Source: Candidatus Bathyarchaeota archaeon
GTDB taxonomy: Archaea > Thermoproteota > Bathyarchaeia > Bathyarchaeales > Bathycorpusculaceae
Assembly: GCA_963770935.1 (NCBI GenBank)
Contig: CAVYRJ010000008.1
Coordinates: forward strand, 32,001-96,000
Direction: 5' to 3'
Length of the DNA stretch: 64,000 bases
Position numbers and translations under genes: made by a program. This document shows, one piece after another, positions 63,260 to 64,000 of this stretch; the first letter of the stretch is position 1, and every line of letters begins with the position of its first letter. The notes under the pieces were generated by a model, which saw nothing but the letters and a program-made list of their open reading frames with translations, was not told where the DNA came from and made no database searches.

Positions 63260-63823
63260 ATGAAGCAAGCCAAACTCTTTGGTACTGACATTGAACCCAA
63301 AGTTCTGACCTCATTAGAGTTAGCTAAGGCAAAGATAATGGCTAAGCAAATTGTCGACAACGTTCGAACCTTTTGTGATAAGATTGAGCTCGTTGGCTCA
63401 ATTCGACGGCAAAAAAACTTAGTGGGCGATATTGACTTTGTGGTTATGGCAACTGATAGAAATTGGGCAAAAATTACTTCATGTTTTAAGAAATCAAACA
63501 TTATTTGCGCTGGTAATCAACTCATTAAGGTAAACTGCCCTATCAGTGGAGACTTATTTCAAGCCGATTTTTACAGAGGATACGACAGTAATTTCGGTAT
63601 TCAACAACTAATTCGCACAGGTTCAGCAGACCATAATATGTGGCTGGCAGGATACGCTATATCAAAAGGCTTCAGGCTCAAGTACAGCGAAGGTTTGCTT
63701 CAAAACGACAATGTTATTGTTGGAAGTACAGAGGAAAGCGTTTTTGAAACACTAGGGCTACCCTGTCCAAAACCTGAAGAACGAGAAATAGCCAACGGAA
63801 AGCCTGTTTGGTTAAAAGCTTGA
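63260..63823 (+). CDS. Minimal family X DNA polymerase (palm + thumb only)
   Basis: VGSIRR...VGDIDFV, QADF, RTGSADHN, EESVFETLGL..PKPEERE; no 8-kDa, HhH or PHP domains. Confidence 0.85.
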   Translation: MKQAKLFGTDIEPKVLTSLELAKAKIMAKQIVDNVRTFCDKIELVGSIRRQKNLVGDIDFVVMATDRNWAKITSCFKKSNIICAGNQLIKVNCPISGDLFQADFYRGYDSNFGIQQLIRTGSADHNMWLAGYAISKGFRLKYSEGLLQNDNVIVGSTEESVFETLGLPCPKPEEREIANGKPVWLKA

Positions 63824-64000
63824 CGGTTTGCCTCAAAAACAGAAGGGTATTAATACCAACTACGCGCCCGCCCTCCTTCATGTCTACTTGTCATTAGTTA
63901 AGACTCATCCTTCTATTTTGGCAAATACAGATTAAACTTTCAACTCCATAGGAAAGAAACGTAATACGTAAACATATTACAACCTCTTTTTCCTTTTTAT

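Noticed and set aside
1-64000. CRISPR array, rRNA genes or intact transposase
   Set aside because: No regularly spaced repeats, rRNA-like sequence or transposase motifs seen by eye

Overview
Archaeal genomic window, most consistent with Bathyarchaeia/TACK. This is inferred from gene content: TFB, archaeal type IV pilins, PolB3-like polymerase, archaeal DnaG, short archaeal PurA, Trm1, an intron-containing tRNA and TackOD1/NitrOD5-like domains. The left third (about 0.5-20.8 kb) is a visibly AT-richer accessory block. It carries a surface adhesin, a TFB paralog, a type IV pilus operon and two-component genes, and it ends at tRNA-Ala(CGC) with a decayed integrase remnant. The middle is mostly housekeeping: SSB, two-intron tRNA-Tyr, PfkA, PolB, DnaG, glucan phosphorylase, HtrA and PurA. 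A sugar/stress islet (GT4, six-hairpin protein, CBS, GH130, PfpI) lies at 42-49 kb. The most notable signal is at 51.9-55.7 kb: metacaspase + cobalamin-dependent radical SAM enzyme with a C-terminal RRE/PqqD-like tail + a 124-aa precursor-like protein. The precursor holds a 37-aa cationic amphipathic, antimicrobial-peptide-like core bounded by Ser-Arg sites and acidic flanks, which makes this a candidate undescribed archaeal RiPP/toxin system. Many conserved genes carry single-base frameshifts, most likely sequencing or assembly indels. All family assignments come from motif recognition by eye; no searches were run.
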